Virus record (IMG/VR): IMGVR_UViG_3300034069_001386
Location: 1-38,738 of that record
Direction: 5' to 3' (one strand)
Length of the DNA: 38,738 nt
Source: a virus
The position numbers were made by a program, and so were the translations under genes. Positions 11,633-20,031 of this stretch are shown piece after piece. How positions within the stretch are numbered: the first letter of the stretch is position 1; every line of letters starts with the position of its first letter. Below the pieces are notes generated by a model, which worked only from the letters and a program-made list of their open reading frames with translations, made no database searches and had not been told where the DNA came from.

Positions 11633-11790
11633 ACGGGTTCATCGACATCACGGTCCACGGGCTCGAGACCGAGTACACGGCCCGCTGCCAGTGCGGGTGG
11701 ACTGGCACCGAGTCCGCGACCGTCGAGTGGGCGGAGTTCGACTTCCGTGGCCACCTCGCCAAGGCACACACCGAGGAGGTCGCCGCGTGA
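11629..11790 (+). CDS. Hypothetical protein (53 aa)
   Basis: GTGA overlaps on both sides. CQCGW motif. Confidence 0.45.
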   Translation: MNGFIDITVHGLETEYTARCQCGWTGTESATVEWAEFDFRGHLAKAHTEEVAA

Positions 11791-12026
11791 GCGCGATCGA
11801 CCGTGTAGTTGGGCTCATCCGAGATGAGCTGGCAAGTGCGCAACTCATCGTGCAGATGGGATCGAACCCGCGTTTGGCGCCGTTTGAGCGAGCGAAGACC
11901 TACGCGGACGCGTGCAGGGCGTACGACGCCCTGTTCGAGCGCATCTGCAACGAACTGCAGATTCCCGCGGGTCTCAACGCCAGCCTCTACATCTGGCCCG
12001 GACCCGACGAAGACGGTTCCGCATGA
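11787..12026 (+). CDS. Hypothetical protein (79 aa)
   Basis: GTGA overlap upstream and ATGA overlap downstream. High GC3. Confidence 0.5.
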   Translation: MSAIDRVVGLIRDELASAQLIVQMGSNPRLAPFERAKTYADACRAYDALFERICNELQIPAGLNASLYIWPGPDEDGSA

Positions 12027-12253
12027 CCGAGGCGGAGCGTCTCCGTCTCGCGGGCGAGTACCGCCGCGCGTACACCGAGACCGACCTCATCGCCCGCGTC
12101 GGGTTCAACACCCTCGCGGACCTCCGCCGGCAAGGCGTCGACCCGTCCCTCATCGTGCCCGCCCTCTACGCGCACATGGACCAGTTCCACGCCGCCGTCG
12201 AGGTCGAACGCGCCGCCTTCGCGGCCATGGAAGCAGCAAGGAACAACGCATGA
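12023..12253 (+). CDS. Hypothetical protein (76 aa)
   Basis: ATGA overlaps on both sides. Confidence 0.5.
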   Translation: MTEAERLRLAGEYRRAYTETDLIARVGFNTLADLRRQGVDPSLIVPALYAHMDQFHAAVEVERAAFAAMEAARNNA

Positions 12254-12675
12254 GCCAGCACATCGACACCCGCGAGGGGTGGCGCGAGATCAACGTGCGC
12301 GGCGAGGAGGCGTCGATCTACGCCGTTTATCAGCTCGCCGAGTACGACAAGGAGACCGGCAACCTCAAGCGTGCGTGGGTCCGCGAGTCCCCGGTACCGC
12401 CGCTGCCGACCGAGCCGTACACCGTCGTCCGCGTCACGCGCTGCGACGAAGAGCCGACGCTTGTAGGAGCGGTACTGCACCTCGATCCGAAGGACGACCG
12501 ATATCCCTGGGTCGGTGAAGGCGATGCTTGGCCAGCTGACACGATCCAGGGATTCGAGGTCCTGTCGGAGCCGCGCACGGTCACCGCGATGGCCATGTCG
12601 ACATGGTTCCGCGACGAGTACGGCAGCACGGTTGTCGCAGACGTCATCGCGCGCGTGTTCGGGGCGACATCGTGA
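12250..12675 (+). CDS. Hypothetical protein (141 aa)
   Basis: ATGA overlap upstream and GTGA overlap downstream. Non-repetitive composition. Confidence 0.6.
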   Translation: MSQHIDTREGWREINVRGEEASIYAVYQLAEYDKETGNLKRAWVRESPVPPLPTEPYTVVRVTRCDEEPTLVGAVLHLDPKDDRYPWVGEGDAWPADTIQGFEVLSEPRTVTAMAMSTWFRDEYGSTVVADVIARVFGATS

Positions 12676-12857
12676 CCACGGACGGTTGGATCCTCGTCGA
12701 GTACCGGGCAGGCTCCGCGAACCCGCAACTCTCCGGCCAGACCGTCTTCAACGACGTCGAGGCCGCCGAGGACGCACGCCGCGAGAAGCAGCGCGACAAG
12801 CTCGAGCAGCACCTCCAGCACCGCGTCGCCGTCGCACGCCTCGAGGTCCTCCCATGA
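12672..12857 (+). CDS. Hypothetical protein (61 aa)
   Basis: Coupled overlaps with both neighbours. Confidence 0.45.
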   Translation: MTTDGWILVEYRAGSANPQLSGQTVFNDVEAAEDARREKQRDKLEQHLQHRVAVARLEVLP

Positions 12858-13171
12858 GCGCCGCGAGTGAGCTACAGGCGGCCCTCGGCCAGGCGGGGTA
12901 TCGCCAGCACGAAGCAGACGCACTGCTGCTGCGCTACAGCGAAGAGATCCGCCCCGCCCCAGTTGCCGCGGCAGAGGCTGCGCCGGCGCCCAGGCTTGCC
13001 CGTTACGTCACCCGAGTTCACGCCACCAACCGCCACGCGGGCTATGGCGTCCCGGTTGATGTCCTCGCGGCATCCAGGGAGGCAGCGGTCACCCGAGCGA
13101 TCGACCTCGGATGGAACGGCCGCCGTGACGACGCGGTGGTCACCATCGACCGCATCGAGGACCTGCCGTGA
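12854..13171 (+). CDS. Hypothetical protein (105 aa)
   Basis: Coupled overlaps with both neighbours. Confidence 0.5.
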   Translation: MSAASELQAALGQAGYRQHEADALLLRYSEEIRPAPVAAAEAAPAPRLARYVTRVHATNRHAGYGVPVDVLAASREAAVTRAIDLGWNGRRDDAVVTIDRIEDLP

Positions 13172-13434
13172 CCGCGATCGGTGAGCTCCTCGGCCTCGGC
13201 GCACCCGCCGACCAGGAACGCATCCGCGCCGACCTCGACCTCATCCGCCGGCACGGCCTCGACGCACTCCGCACCCGCATCCACGGTGCAGCCGTCCCCG
13301 CCGACCTCTACATCGCCGTCATCGCGCAACTCGCGTACCGGCACCCCCGACACGAGCCCTCCGCAGAAGAGCAGCTCGCACGACTCGAAGCCGCCGACGA
13401 ACGGCGACAGATCTCCCGAGGAGGGAACCGATGA
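13168..13434 (+). CDS. Hypothetical protein (88 aa)
   Basis: Coupled overlaps. Immediately upstream of RecT. Confidence 0.5.
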   Translation: MTAIGELLGLGAPADQERIRADLDLIRRHGLDALRTRIHGAAVPADLYIAVIAQLAYRHPRHEPSAEEQLARLEAADERRQISRGGNR

Positions 13435-14303
13435 CCGACCAGAAGGCCGGAACCGACCTCGTGTTCGCACGAGCCACCCTGCAAGACCGCGTCCGGTGGG
13501 CGAACGAGATCGCCAACGCCGGCGACCTCGTCCCCCGCGGCTTCCGTGACGGGAACCGCGCGAACCCCGCCAAGGTGCTCCTCGCCGCCGAGACCGGCGC
13601 GATGCTCGGCATCCACCCCATCGCCGCCCTCCAAGGCATCCACGTCATCGAGGGGAAGCCGACGATCTCCGCCGGCCTCATGTCCGCCCTCGTCCGCCGT
13701 GCCGGCCACAAGCTCCGCGTCACCACCCGCGGGTCCGTGAAGGACGGCACCTTCGAAGCGATCGCGGAACTCATCCGCTTCGACGACCCCGACTTCGTCT
13801 ACCGATCCGTCTGGAACGCCGAACGCGCGAATCGGGCCGGGCTCGACAAGAAGGACGTGTGGACGAAGTACTTCGAGTCGATGTGCAAGTCCCGCGCCAT
13901 CTCCGAGGTCACGAAGGAAGGCGCCGAGGACGTCCTCATGGGCGGCGTGTACACGCCCGAAGAGTTCGACGTCCCCGTCGACGAGCACGGCGAAGTCATC
14001 GAGGACGCCGAGATCGTCCCCGAGGTCATCGTCGAGGAGCTGACGGACCGGTGGCGGAACCTGATCGTCGACGCGACGACCCTCGACGAGCTCGCGTCCC
14101 TGTGGGACACCGGGAAGAACGACCGAGTCCTCGGACTCCCGATCGACGGTCGCCCCCTCGGCGACCACCTCCGCGAGAAGAAGGCCCGCCTCCTCGAACT
14201 GCAAGCCCAGGAGGAGGCGGAGACGCCCGCTGAGGAGCCCGTGATCGCTCTCGCGACCGGTGACACGGCCGAGCCCGTCTACGAGGACGAGGTGCCGTTC
14301 TGA
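13431..14303 (+). CDS. recT: RecT-family single-strand annealing recombinase (290 aa)
   Basis: LLAAETGAMLGIHPIAALQGIHVIEGKPTISAGLMSALVRRAGHK and KYFESMCKSRAISE fit the RecT core pattern. Confidence 0.7.
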   Translation: MTDQKAGTDLVFARATLQDRVRWANEIANAGDLVPRGFRDGNRANPAKVLLAAETGAMLGIHPIAALQGIHVIEGKPTISAGLMSALVRRAGHKLRVTTRGSVKDGTFEAIAELIRFDDPDFVYRSVWNAERANRAGLDKKDVWTKYFESMCKSRAISEVTKEGAEDVLMGGVYTPEEFDVPVDEHGEVIEDAEIVPEVIVEELTDRWRNLIVDATTLDELASLWDTGKNDRVLGLPIDGRPLGDHLREKKARLLELQAQEEAETPAEEPVIALATGDTAEPVYEDEVPF

Positions 14304-14557
14304 TGCCCACAGACGACGAGATCCTCCGCCAGCCGGCCCGCCTCGAAACCACCGAGGACCGGGTGTGGTTCCGCACCGGCAACGAGACGTTCCCCGCGTT
14401 CGTGTTCGTCATCTGGGACGGCGGCGACCGCGTCGCGGTCACCGTCGCGTCCCACTCGAACCCGGACGGCGCCAGCGGCCTCATCACCATCGACGACACC
14501 CGACGCATGCACGAGGCGCTTGGACTCATCCTCGACCACGCAGAGGCCCCCTCATGA
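14303..14557 (+). CDS. Hypothetical protein (84 aa)
   Basis: The ATG shares one base with the recT stop codon (TGATG). ATGA overlap downstream. Confidence 0.5.
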   Translation: MPTDDEILRQPARLETTEDRVWFRTGNETFPAFVFVIWDGGDRVAVTVASHSNPDGASGLITIDDTRRMHEALGLILDHAEAPS

Positions 14558-14733
14558 CCCGGCAGCTGAAGGTCCTCGGCGCCGGCCTCGACAAGGGGCG
14601 CGTGTTCGTGTCCGTCGAACACCCCGACAAGGGCGGACCAGCCGTCCGCTACTACGTCGACCCCGTCCAGGCCCTCACCCTCATCCGCACCCTCGCAGCC
14701 GCCCTCGAGCACGCCCAGAAGGAGGCGCCCTGA
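14554..14733 (+). CDS. Hypothetical protein (59 aa)
   Basis: Coupled overlaps. Confidence 0.45.
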   Translation: MTRQLKVLGAGLDKGRVFVSVEHPDKGGPAVRYYVDPVQALTLIRTLAAALEHAQKEAP

Positions 14734-15044
14734 TGGAACCGACCGAATGGCAGCGACAGGCGCTGTCGAGCCACATCGGGCGCGCACGAGCCCGCTACGG
14801 GATCTCTGCGCCGCCATGGCGCGATGGGTACCCGTGGGCGACGTACTGGGCGGAGGAGACGCGGCCCGGCCGCGGACACGACCTCACGGCGGTCTTCCTC
14901 GACGGCGAGCACGTCCTCACGATTCAACTCGACGTGTACGGGAACGGCGGCGGGATCGCGATCGGCGTCGTCGAGTGGACGCACGCGGACGCCGACGAGG
15001 ACTGCGACTGCATGTGGTGCCGCGCGGAGAGGGAGGTGTCCTGA
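14733..15044 (+). CDS. Hypothetical protein (103 aa), C-terminal CDCMWC
   Basis: TGATG junctions on both sides. Confidence 0.5.
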   Translation: MEPTEWQRQALSSHIGRARARYGISAPPWRDGYPWATYWAEETRPGRGHDLTAVFLDGEHVLTIQLDVYGNGGGIAIGVVEWTHADADEDCDCMWCRAEREVS

Positions 15045-15760
15045 TGGCCAGGATCCGCACGATCAAACCCGACTTCTGGACCGACGGCACCATGATCGGC
15101 CTCTCCCCCTGGGCGCGGCTGTTCTACGTCGGCACCTGGAACTTCGCCCTCTGCGATCACGGGCACCTCCCCGACGACGCACTCGGCCTGAAGCTCAAGA
15201 TCCTCCCCGCCGACAACGTCGACGCCCAGGCGCTCCTCGACGAGCTCATGACCTCCGGCCGCATCGTCCGCCTCCGCCTCCCCGACGGCCGCACCTTCCT
15301 CCACATCGTCCGCCTCGACGAGCACCAGAAGATCGACAACCGGTGGCAGTCACGGTGCCCCGTCTGCACCTACCTCGCCGAAACTCACGCGAGTTCTGAT
15401 GAGACTCACCGCGACTCGCCGGAACTCAAGATCCCTCACCTGGGAGGGGAAGGGAAGGGAAAGGAAAGTAAAGGAGGGGAAGGGGCCCCGGCGATGAACG
15501 CCGAGGCCGAACCCCCCACCCGCTGCTCCATCCACCTCAACTCCACCAACCCGCCGGCCTGCGGACACTGCAAGGACGCCCGAGTCGCCCACGAGGCTTG
15601 GCAGAAGGCCCACACCCCTCCGGTCCCGGAGAAGACCGGAGCCTGGCGCCCAGGCCTCTGCAGAGAGCACCTGCAAGTCGCCGAGACGTGCGAGATGTGC
15701 GCCCGCGAAGCCCGCGAACACGGCGAGGTCATCCACGGCCGGTTCGGGGGTGCCGCATGA
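15044..15760 (+). CDS. Putative replication-initiation/DNA-binding protein (238 aa) with a Gly/Lys/Glu low-complexity linker and a Cys-rich C-terminus
   Basis: The N-terminus MARIRTIKPDFWTD... is typical of prophage replication-organiser-like proteins. A polypurine tract is embedded in the linker. The function call is weak. Confidence 0.5.
   Translation: MARIRTIKPDFWTDGTMIGLSPWARLFYVGTWNFALCDHGHLPDDALGLKLKILPADNVDAQALLDELMTSGRIVRLRLPDGRTFLHIVRLDEHQKIDNRWQSRCPVCTYLAETHASSDETHRDSPELKIPHLGGEGKGKESKGGEGAPAMNAEAEPPTRCSIHLNSTNPPACGHCKDARVAHEAWQKAHTPPVPEKTGAWRPGLCREHLQVAETCEMCAREAREHGEVIHGRFGGAA
15442..15485 (+). repeat. 44-nt polypurine tract (one T only): GGGAGGGGAAGGGAAGGGAAAGGAAAGtAAAGGAGGGGAAGGGG
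   Basis: Read directly. A strong outlier in a 70% GC genome. Confidence 0.9.
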
Positions 15761-15861
15761 GCGGGCACGACACATGGCCGGACGCCATCGAGTGGGTCGC
15801 ACTGCTCGCGGCCATCGCCTACATCTGGGGCCTCTACATCAACCGCGGAGGCCGCAAGTGA
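15757..15861 (+). CDS. Small membrane protein (34 aa)
   Basis: ATGA overlap. WVALLAAIAYIWGLYI. Confidence 0.4.
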   Translation: MSGHDTWPDAIEWVALLAAIAYIWGLYINRGGRK

Positions 15862-16043
15862 GCCTCCGACGCGGCACCCCGAAGCCGCCCAAGCCCCTCT
15901 GGGACGAGCTCACCGCCGCCCACGAAGCCCGCGACGAAACCCGCGTGCAAGTCGCAGAAGAACACATCCGAGCCTGGGCCGTCACCAACGGCTACGAACA
16001 CCCCCAAGGCCGCCCAGCACGCGCAGACGAGGCCGCACGATGA
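15858..16043 (+). CDS. Hypothetical protein (61 aa)
   Basis: GTGA and ATGA overlaps. Confidence 0.45.
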   Translation: MSLRRGTPKPPKPLWDELTAAHEARDETRVQVAEEHIRAWAVTNGYEHPQGRPARADEAAR

Positions 16044-16246
16044 TCCACGACGACCACCTCGCCGCCCACCTCGAAAACGAACTCCCCCGACCCCTCACCA
16101 CCGCCCAAGTCAACGCACGCGTCGACACCGCCATCGACGAACTCCTCCGCCTCCGCGCCAACGTGAGGACGCTGGCGACCACCGTCGGATTCCTCCTCGC
16201 ACTCGTCCTCGGCCAATTCGGATACGCCCTCTGGGGCCACCGATGA
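16040..16246 (+). CDS. Hypothetical protein (68 aa) with C-terminal TM
   Basis: Coupled overlaps. TVGFLLALVLGQFGYALWG. Confidence 0.5.
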   Translation: MIHDDHLAAHLENELPRPLTTAQVNARVDTAIDELLRLRANVRTLATTVGFLLALVLGQFGYALWGHR

Positions 16247-16449
16247 GCCACGAACGTTCAACCTCGAAACCGCCACGCGGGGACCAGTCCAGTGCTCCCG
16301 CGCGCACGCGCCTGCTCGACGGGGTGCGGCTGTTGGCGTGGCTGGATGAGCATGCCGGGTCGGGGTCGTTGGTGCGTCGTGCGGTGTACGAGGGTGCTGC
16401 GGCCCGGGTTCGGCGTGGGGACTTCGACGCCACCGAGGCGACCCGGTGA
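16243..16449 (+). CDS. Hypothetical protein (68 aa)
   Basis: Coupled overlaps. Confidence 0.45.
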   Translation: MSHERSTSKPPRGDQSSAPARTRLLDGVRLLAWLDEHAGSGSLVRRAVYEGAAARVRRGDFDATEATR

Positions 16450-16652
16450 GCGACTACGAGCCAGCCGACAGCCTGGAGCGCCTTCTGCGCATCAGGGAAC
16501 TGCGAGGGATTCGCAGCCGGCGCGCGAACGAGCATGAGTGGGTCACGGCGTACGACGTCGACGGGTCGTACCGCGAGTGTGCTCGTTGTGGCGCGATCGC
16601 TTCTGAGCCCTACGAGGAAGAAGCCGCGGACAACGAAGGGTGCCCCTCGTGA
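16446..16652 (+). CDS. Hypothetical protein (68 aa), CARCG motif
   Basis: Coupled overlaps. Confidence 0.45.
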   Translation: MSDYEPADSLERLLRIRELRGIRSRRANEHEWVTAYDVDGSYRECARCGAIASEPYEEEAADNEGCPS

Positions 16653-16942
16653 GCGCGGACGTGGCGCTGTTCGAGCTCGAGGCGCCTGTCGAGGACCGCT
16701 GGTGGGAGCGCGTTGTCCGTCAGCACGTCATCCACTCGACCGATGTCGACCGCCGCTACTACTGCGGCGCCGACGAGTACGGGTACCTCGAGGGTGCTCC
16801 TGAGCGGCGGGATGCCTGGCTGTGGCACTGCTGCACCCAGCCGGTAGGCCACATCGGGCTGCACGTGTGTGACCGCTGCGACCAGACCTGGGACGGTCCC
16901 GCGGCGCATCACCTCACGACTGCTGCGGAGGCCGCCTCGTGA
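16649..16942 (+). CDS. Hypothetical Cys/His-rich protein (97 aa)
   Basis: GTGA overlap. WHCCTQPVGHIGLHVCDRCDQTW. Confidence 0.5.
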   Translation: MSADVALFELEAPVEDRWWERVVRQHVIHSTDVDRRYYCGADEYGYLEGAPERRDAWLWHCCTQPVGHIGLHVCDRCDQTWDGPAAHHLTTAAEAAS

Positions 16943-17112
16943 CCCCGTTGGAGCGGCTCCGTGCGGCGCAGCACCTGGAGGTGCGGACGGTGGCGGATGA
17001 GCGTCTGGAGGCGTTCCTCGCGGAGATATCCCCAGCCTGTGCACAACTCGACCTGATGCCGGCCACCGACATCGAACTCCGCCACCTCACACACGCAAGG
17101 AGAACCGCATGA
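16939..17112 (+). CDS. Hypothetical protein (57 aa)
   Basis: Hand translation gives VTPLERLRAAQHLEVRTVADERLEAFLAEISPACAQLDLMPATDIELRHLTHARRTA. GTGA and ATGA overlaps. Below the track cutoff. Confidence 0.4.
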   Translation: MTPLERLRAAQHLEVRTVADERLEAFLAEISPACAQLDLMPATDIELRHLTHARRTA

Positions 17113-17357
17113 AGTACCGCAAGAAGCCCGTCGTGATCGAGGCCATCCAGTTCCTCGGCGACGAGAACGTGAATGCCGTTGCCAAATTCGTTGGCGATCC
17201 CGACGAGTACGGGAAGGCAGACTTCTACGACATCGAGACGCTCGAAGGCACGATGACCGCGCGGCCCGGCGATTGGATCATTCGCGGCGTGCAGGGCGAG
17301 TTCTACCCCTGCAAGCCGGACATCTTCGAGGCGACGTACGAAGCGGTCGAGGCATGA
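17109..17357 (+). CDS. Conserved phage protein resembling the PGDYG-domain family (82 aa)
   Basis: MKYRKKPVVIEAIQF ... PGDWIIRGVQGEFYPCKPDIFEATYE. Confidence 0.65.
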   Translation: MKYRKKPVVIEAIQFLGDENVNAVAKFVGDPDEYGKADFYDIETLEGTMTARPGDWIIRGVQGEFYPCKPDIFEATYEAVEA

Positions 17358-17551
17358 CCGCCGCACTGATCAGTTCTCACGACGCCGAGGAGCAGCTGCG
17401 TCCCGCTCTCGGCGCCTTGTTCGAGGCGACGGATGCCCGTCTCGCGAAGCCCGGCGGCGAGGGCGAGGAGTACGCACTCCTGCTCGCCCAACTGCGGGCC
17501 ACGAACGCGGTCCTCGACCGGGCGCTCGAGCTCCTCGGAGTGCAGCGGTGA
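17354..17551 (+). CDS. Hypothetical protein (65 aa)
   Basis: Coupled overlaps. Confidence 0.45.
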   Translation: MTAALISSHDAEEQLRPALGALFEATDARLAKPGGEGEEYALLLAQLRATNAVLDRALELLGVQR

Positions 17552-17748
17552 CCGACGTGCAGGTCGCGTTCTACCCGGCGACCGCCCGCCGGCACCTGCC
17601 CGCGGAGACCCTCGCCCACATCGACCAGCTCACGCAGGAGCTCGCCGAACTCGGCCCCGACTGGCTCCTCCAAGCCTTCTGGGGCGACCGCCGCGACGGG
17701 ATCAACCAGATCACCGCCGAACCAGCCACCACCAAGGAGCACGCATGA
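17548..17748 (+). CDS. Hypothetical protein (66 aa)
   Basis: Coupled overlaps. Confidence 0.45.
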   Translation: MTDVQVAFYPATARRHLPAETLAHIDQLTQELAELGPDWLLQAFWGDRRDGINQITAEPATTKEHA

Positions 17749-18215
17749 CCGACACCACCGCCCCGCGCCCCCTCAAGGTCTTCACCTGCTACGACCCCAC
17801 CGGCCGCACCGCGTTCTGCTACGGCCTCGTCGAGGACACCGACGAGACCCGCCGCGAGCACCGCGCCTGGCACCGCCACGAGGAAGCCGTGAAGCGTGGC
17901 CTCCGCGGTGCGATCACGGAACGCGACGACACGATCGCGTCGCTGCGGCAGGAAGTCGCGGACCTCCGCGGCGACGTGAAGGGCATCGAACTCCCCGAGG
18001 CGGTCCTCGGTATCGAGATCAACCGTGACGGGTACACGGAGGACGACGACCTCGACGAGGACGACGACGAGCCGGAGGATGCGGTGGAGCGGGCGCGTGC
18101 GGACGCTGAGGCCGCGTTCACGACCTCGGACGCCCCGACACCCCAGGTGGACCCGTCCGGGCTGTACACGCCCGCAGGGAGCGGCAACTACGGCGCATCC
18201 GGGACCGTGTTTTGA
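17745..18215 (+). CDS. Hypothetical protein (156 aa) with coiled-coil and acidic D/E tract
   Basis: ATGA overlap. EDDDLDEDDDEPED. Confidence 0.55.
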   Translation: MTDTTAPRPLKVFTCYDPTGRTAFCYGLVEDTDETRREHRAWHRHEEAVKRGLRGAITERDDTIASLRQEVADLRGDVKGIELPEAVLGIEINRDGYTEDDDLDEDDDEPEDAVERARADAEAAFTTSDAPTPQVDPSGLYTPAGSGNYGASGTVF

Positions 18216-18433
18216 ACGCGTCGAACTGGTGGGGCGTCGCATACGGCGTCGGCGCGATCCTCCTGCTCACCACCGCCGGGGTCGTCGTCGCCGCGTTCTC
18301 CTGGATGCGCACCGCCGACGTCGCCGACCCTCGCGCCTGGACGGGTGAGCTCGGCGGCCTCGACGACGACCCGTCCCTCGTCGACGAGGTGGAGGAGTTC
18401 CTCCACGACCTCAACCACCAAGGCGACCGATGA
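18212..18433 (+). CDS. Membrane protein (73 aa, N-terminal TM)
   Basis: WWGVAYGVGAILLLTTAGVVVAAF. The start codon TTG at 18212 overlaps the upstream TGA by 4 nt (TTGA). ATGA overlap downstream. Confidence 0.5.
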   Translation: MNASNWWGVAYGVGAILLLTTAGVVVAAFSWMRTADVADPRAWTGELGGLDDDPSLVDEVEEFLHDLNHQGDR

Positions 18434-18627
18434 GCGACGACCCCGAAGTGCCCGACGCGTACGACCCCGACAGCGAATGCGGGGCGTGGCGGAAGCGGCC
18501 GCCCGTGATCGGGGCGCCCGTGCATCACCACGTGTGCCGGAGGTTCCCCGAACACGAACCGCCGCACGTCTGCCACTCCTGCGGCGCCACCTGGACCCGC
18601 ACCACCGCCACGGAGACCGCCGCATGA
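18430..18627 (+). CDS. Hypothetical Cys/His-rich protein (65 aa)
   Basis: Coupled overlaps. HHHVCRRFPEHEPPHVCHSCG. Confidence 0.45.
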   Translation: MSDDPEVPDAYDPDSECGAWRKRPPVIGAPVHHHVCRRFPEHEPPHVCHSCGATWTRTTATETAA

Positions 18628-18830
18628 GCCCGGAACCGCTTTCGATCCCCTGCCCGCTCTGTCCCGTCGTCATGACGGTGCCCTACACGCTGTCGCCCGG
18701 CCTTCAGAAGGTGGGCGGGGAGAAGCGGCACTTCGTCATGACCTTCGACGACACCGACATGCGAGAGCACCTCGCGACACATCAGCCAGGTCCAGACGGT
18801 CCTGGCCGGCCGGTCGAGGCTGCGGCGTGA
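18624..18830 (+). CDS. Hypothetical protein (68 aa), CPLCP motif
   Basis: Coupled overlaps. Confidence 0.45.
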   Translation: MSPEPLSIPCPLCPVVMTVPYTLSPGLQKVGGEKRHFVMTFDDTDMREHLATHQPGPDGPGRPVEAAA

Positions 18831-18988
18831 TCCGACTCCTGTGCCTGCTCGGCATCCACCGCACCATCTGGCAGCCACGAAACGAGTACGCCGTCGATGA
18901 CCTCGACGGACACGTCGCCGCCTGGACAGTCCAGGTCCGCACCTGCCGCGACTGCGGACACCTCGTCGGCAGGACGCACCGTGACTAG
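18827..18988 (+). CDS. Hypothetical protein (53 aa), CRDCG motif
   Basis: Hand translation gives VIRLLCLLGIHRTIWQPRNEYAVDDLDGHVAAWTVQVRTCRDCGHLVGRTHRD. Below the track cutoff. Confidence 0.4.
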   Translation: MIRLLCLLGIHRTIWQPRNEYAVDDLDGHVAAWTVQVRTCRDCGHLVGRTHRD

Positions 18989-19151
18989 GGCCCAGTGGGT
19001 GCTCCTCGCCGCCACCACCGCCCCTGTGCTCGCTGGTGCGGTGCTCGTGTCCGCGACGTTCGGGCCTGCCGGCGCGGTCGCGTACGCCGCGCTTCTCACC
19101 GCTGGGGTGAACACGCCCCGCCTCTTCCGCAACCGACAGGACCACCGATGA
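18981..19151 (+). CDS. Small membrane protein (56 aa, two TM)
   Basis: GTG within the end of the upstream gene. WVLLAATTAPVLAGAVLVSATFGPAGAVAYAALLTAGV. Confidence 0.4.
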   Translation: MTRAQWVLLAATTAPVLAGAVLVSATFGPAGAVAYAALLTAGVNTPRLFRNRQDHR

Positions 19152-19774
19152 GCCACACCACGATCTGCATCACGAACGTCCTCCCGAACATCGCCTCCTG
19201 CACCTACCGGGGTGAGCACCTCCTCGGCTGCAACTCGGTCCGCGCGGACGGGCAGGCGTGCACCGGGTGCGACCCGAAGCCCGCCACCCGCGGGGAGGTG
19301 TGCGAGTCGTGCTTCACCCGCATCGACCACGCGATCGGTCTCGCGGACACGCTCCGCGCCCGCCTCAACGGCGTCGACTCCGCCGTCACCTCCGACAACG
19401 GCAGCAGCGTCGCCGGGCCGCGGCTCCCCCACACGGCATGGCAGCTCGACCTCGACGCGATCGACCGGTGGCAGCAAGGCCACACCGACCCGACGACGTG
19501 GGTGCAGACCGAGGAAGGCGCCCGGGAAGCGGTGTACTTCGCGCAGGCCGTGCACCGCGCTGACAAGGCCCACCCGACGGTGGAGGTGGAGCGGAAGTTG
19601 CGGCGCCTCCGCTGCCCCGCCTGCTCCCGGCTGACGGCGACGTGGCAGCCGCCGGACTGGTACGGGGACGACGTCACGATCGCGTGCATCGCCGCGGACT
19701 GCGGGTGGCAGGCGACGAACCCCGACGCGATCGACATCGTCACCGCCATCGAAACCACCAGGGGTGCCGCATGA
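19148..19774 (+). CDS. Cys-rich protein (208 aa) at the early/late boundary, function unknown
   Basis: Multiple CxxC-type pairs (CTGCD, CESC, CPAC, CIAADC). ATGA overlaps. Confidence 0.6.
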   Translation: MSHTTICITNVLPNIASCTYRGEHLLGCNSVRADGQACTGCDPKPATRGEVCESCFTRIDHAIGLADTLRARLNGVDSAVTSDNGSSVAGPRLPHTAWQLDLDAIDRWQQGHTDPTTWVQTEEGAREAVYFAQAVHRADKAHPTVEVERKLRRLRCPACSRLTATWQPPDWYGDDVTIACIAADCGWQATNPDAIDIVTAIETTRGAA

Positions 19775-20031
19775 GTGCCAAGGGCACCTTCAAGACAGCG
19801 GGCGAGGCTCGGACCTACGCCGCGATCAACGGGATCGACTTCGACAACCAGGACGACTACTGCGACGTGTGCGAGGCGTTCCACGTCGGCCTCGACCACG
19901 ACGCGGCGGTACCGGAGCAGTGCGGGTCGCTGTCGCTCCAGGGCTTCAACACGGTGCTCGAGTGCAAGCGGGCACCGCACGACGACGACCTGCACGACAA
20001 CGGCGTCAGCTCGTGGCTGGAGGGCGCGTGA
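19771..20031 (+). CDS. Hypothetical protein (86 aa), CDVCE motif
   Basis: Coupled overlaps. Confidence 0.5.
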   Translation: MSAKGTFKTAGEARTYAAINGIDFDNQDDYCDVCEAFHVGLDHDAAVPEQCGSLSLQGFNTVLECKRAPHDDDLHDNGVSSWLEGA

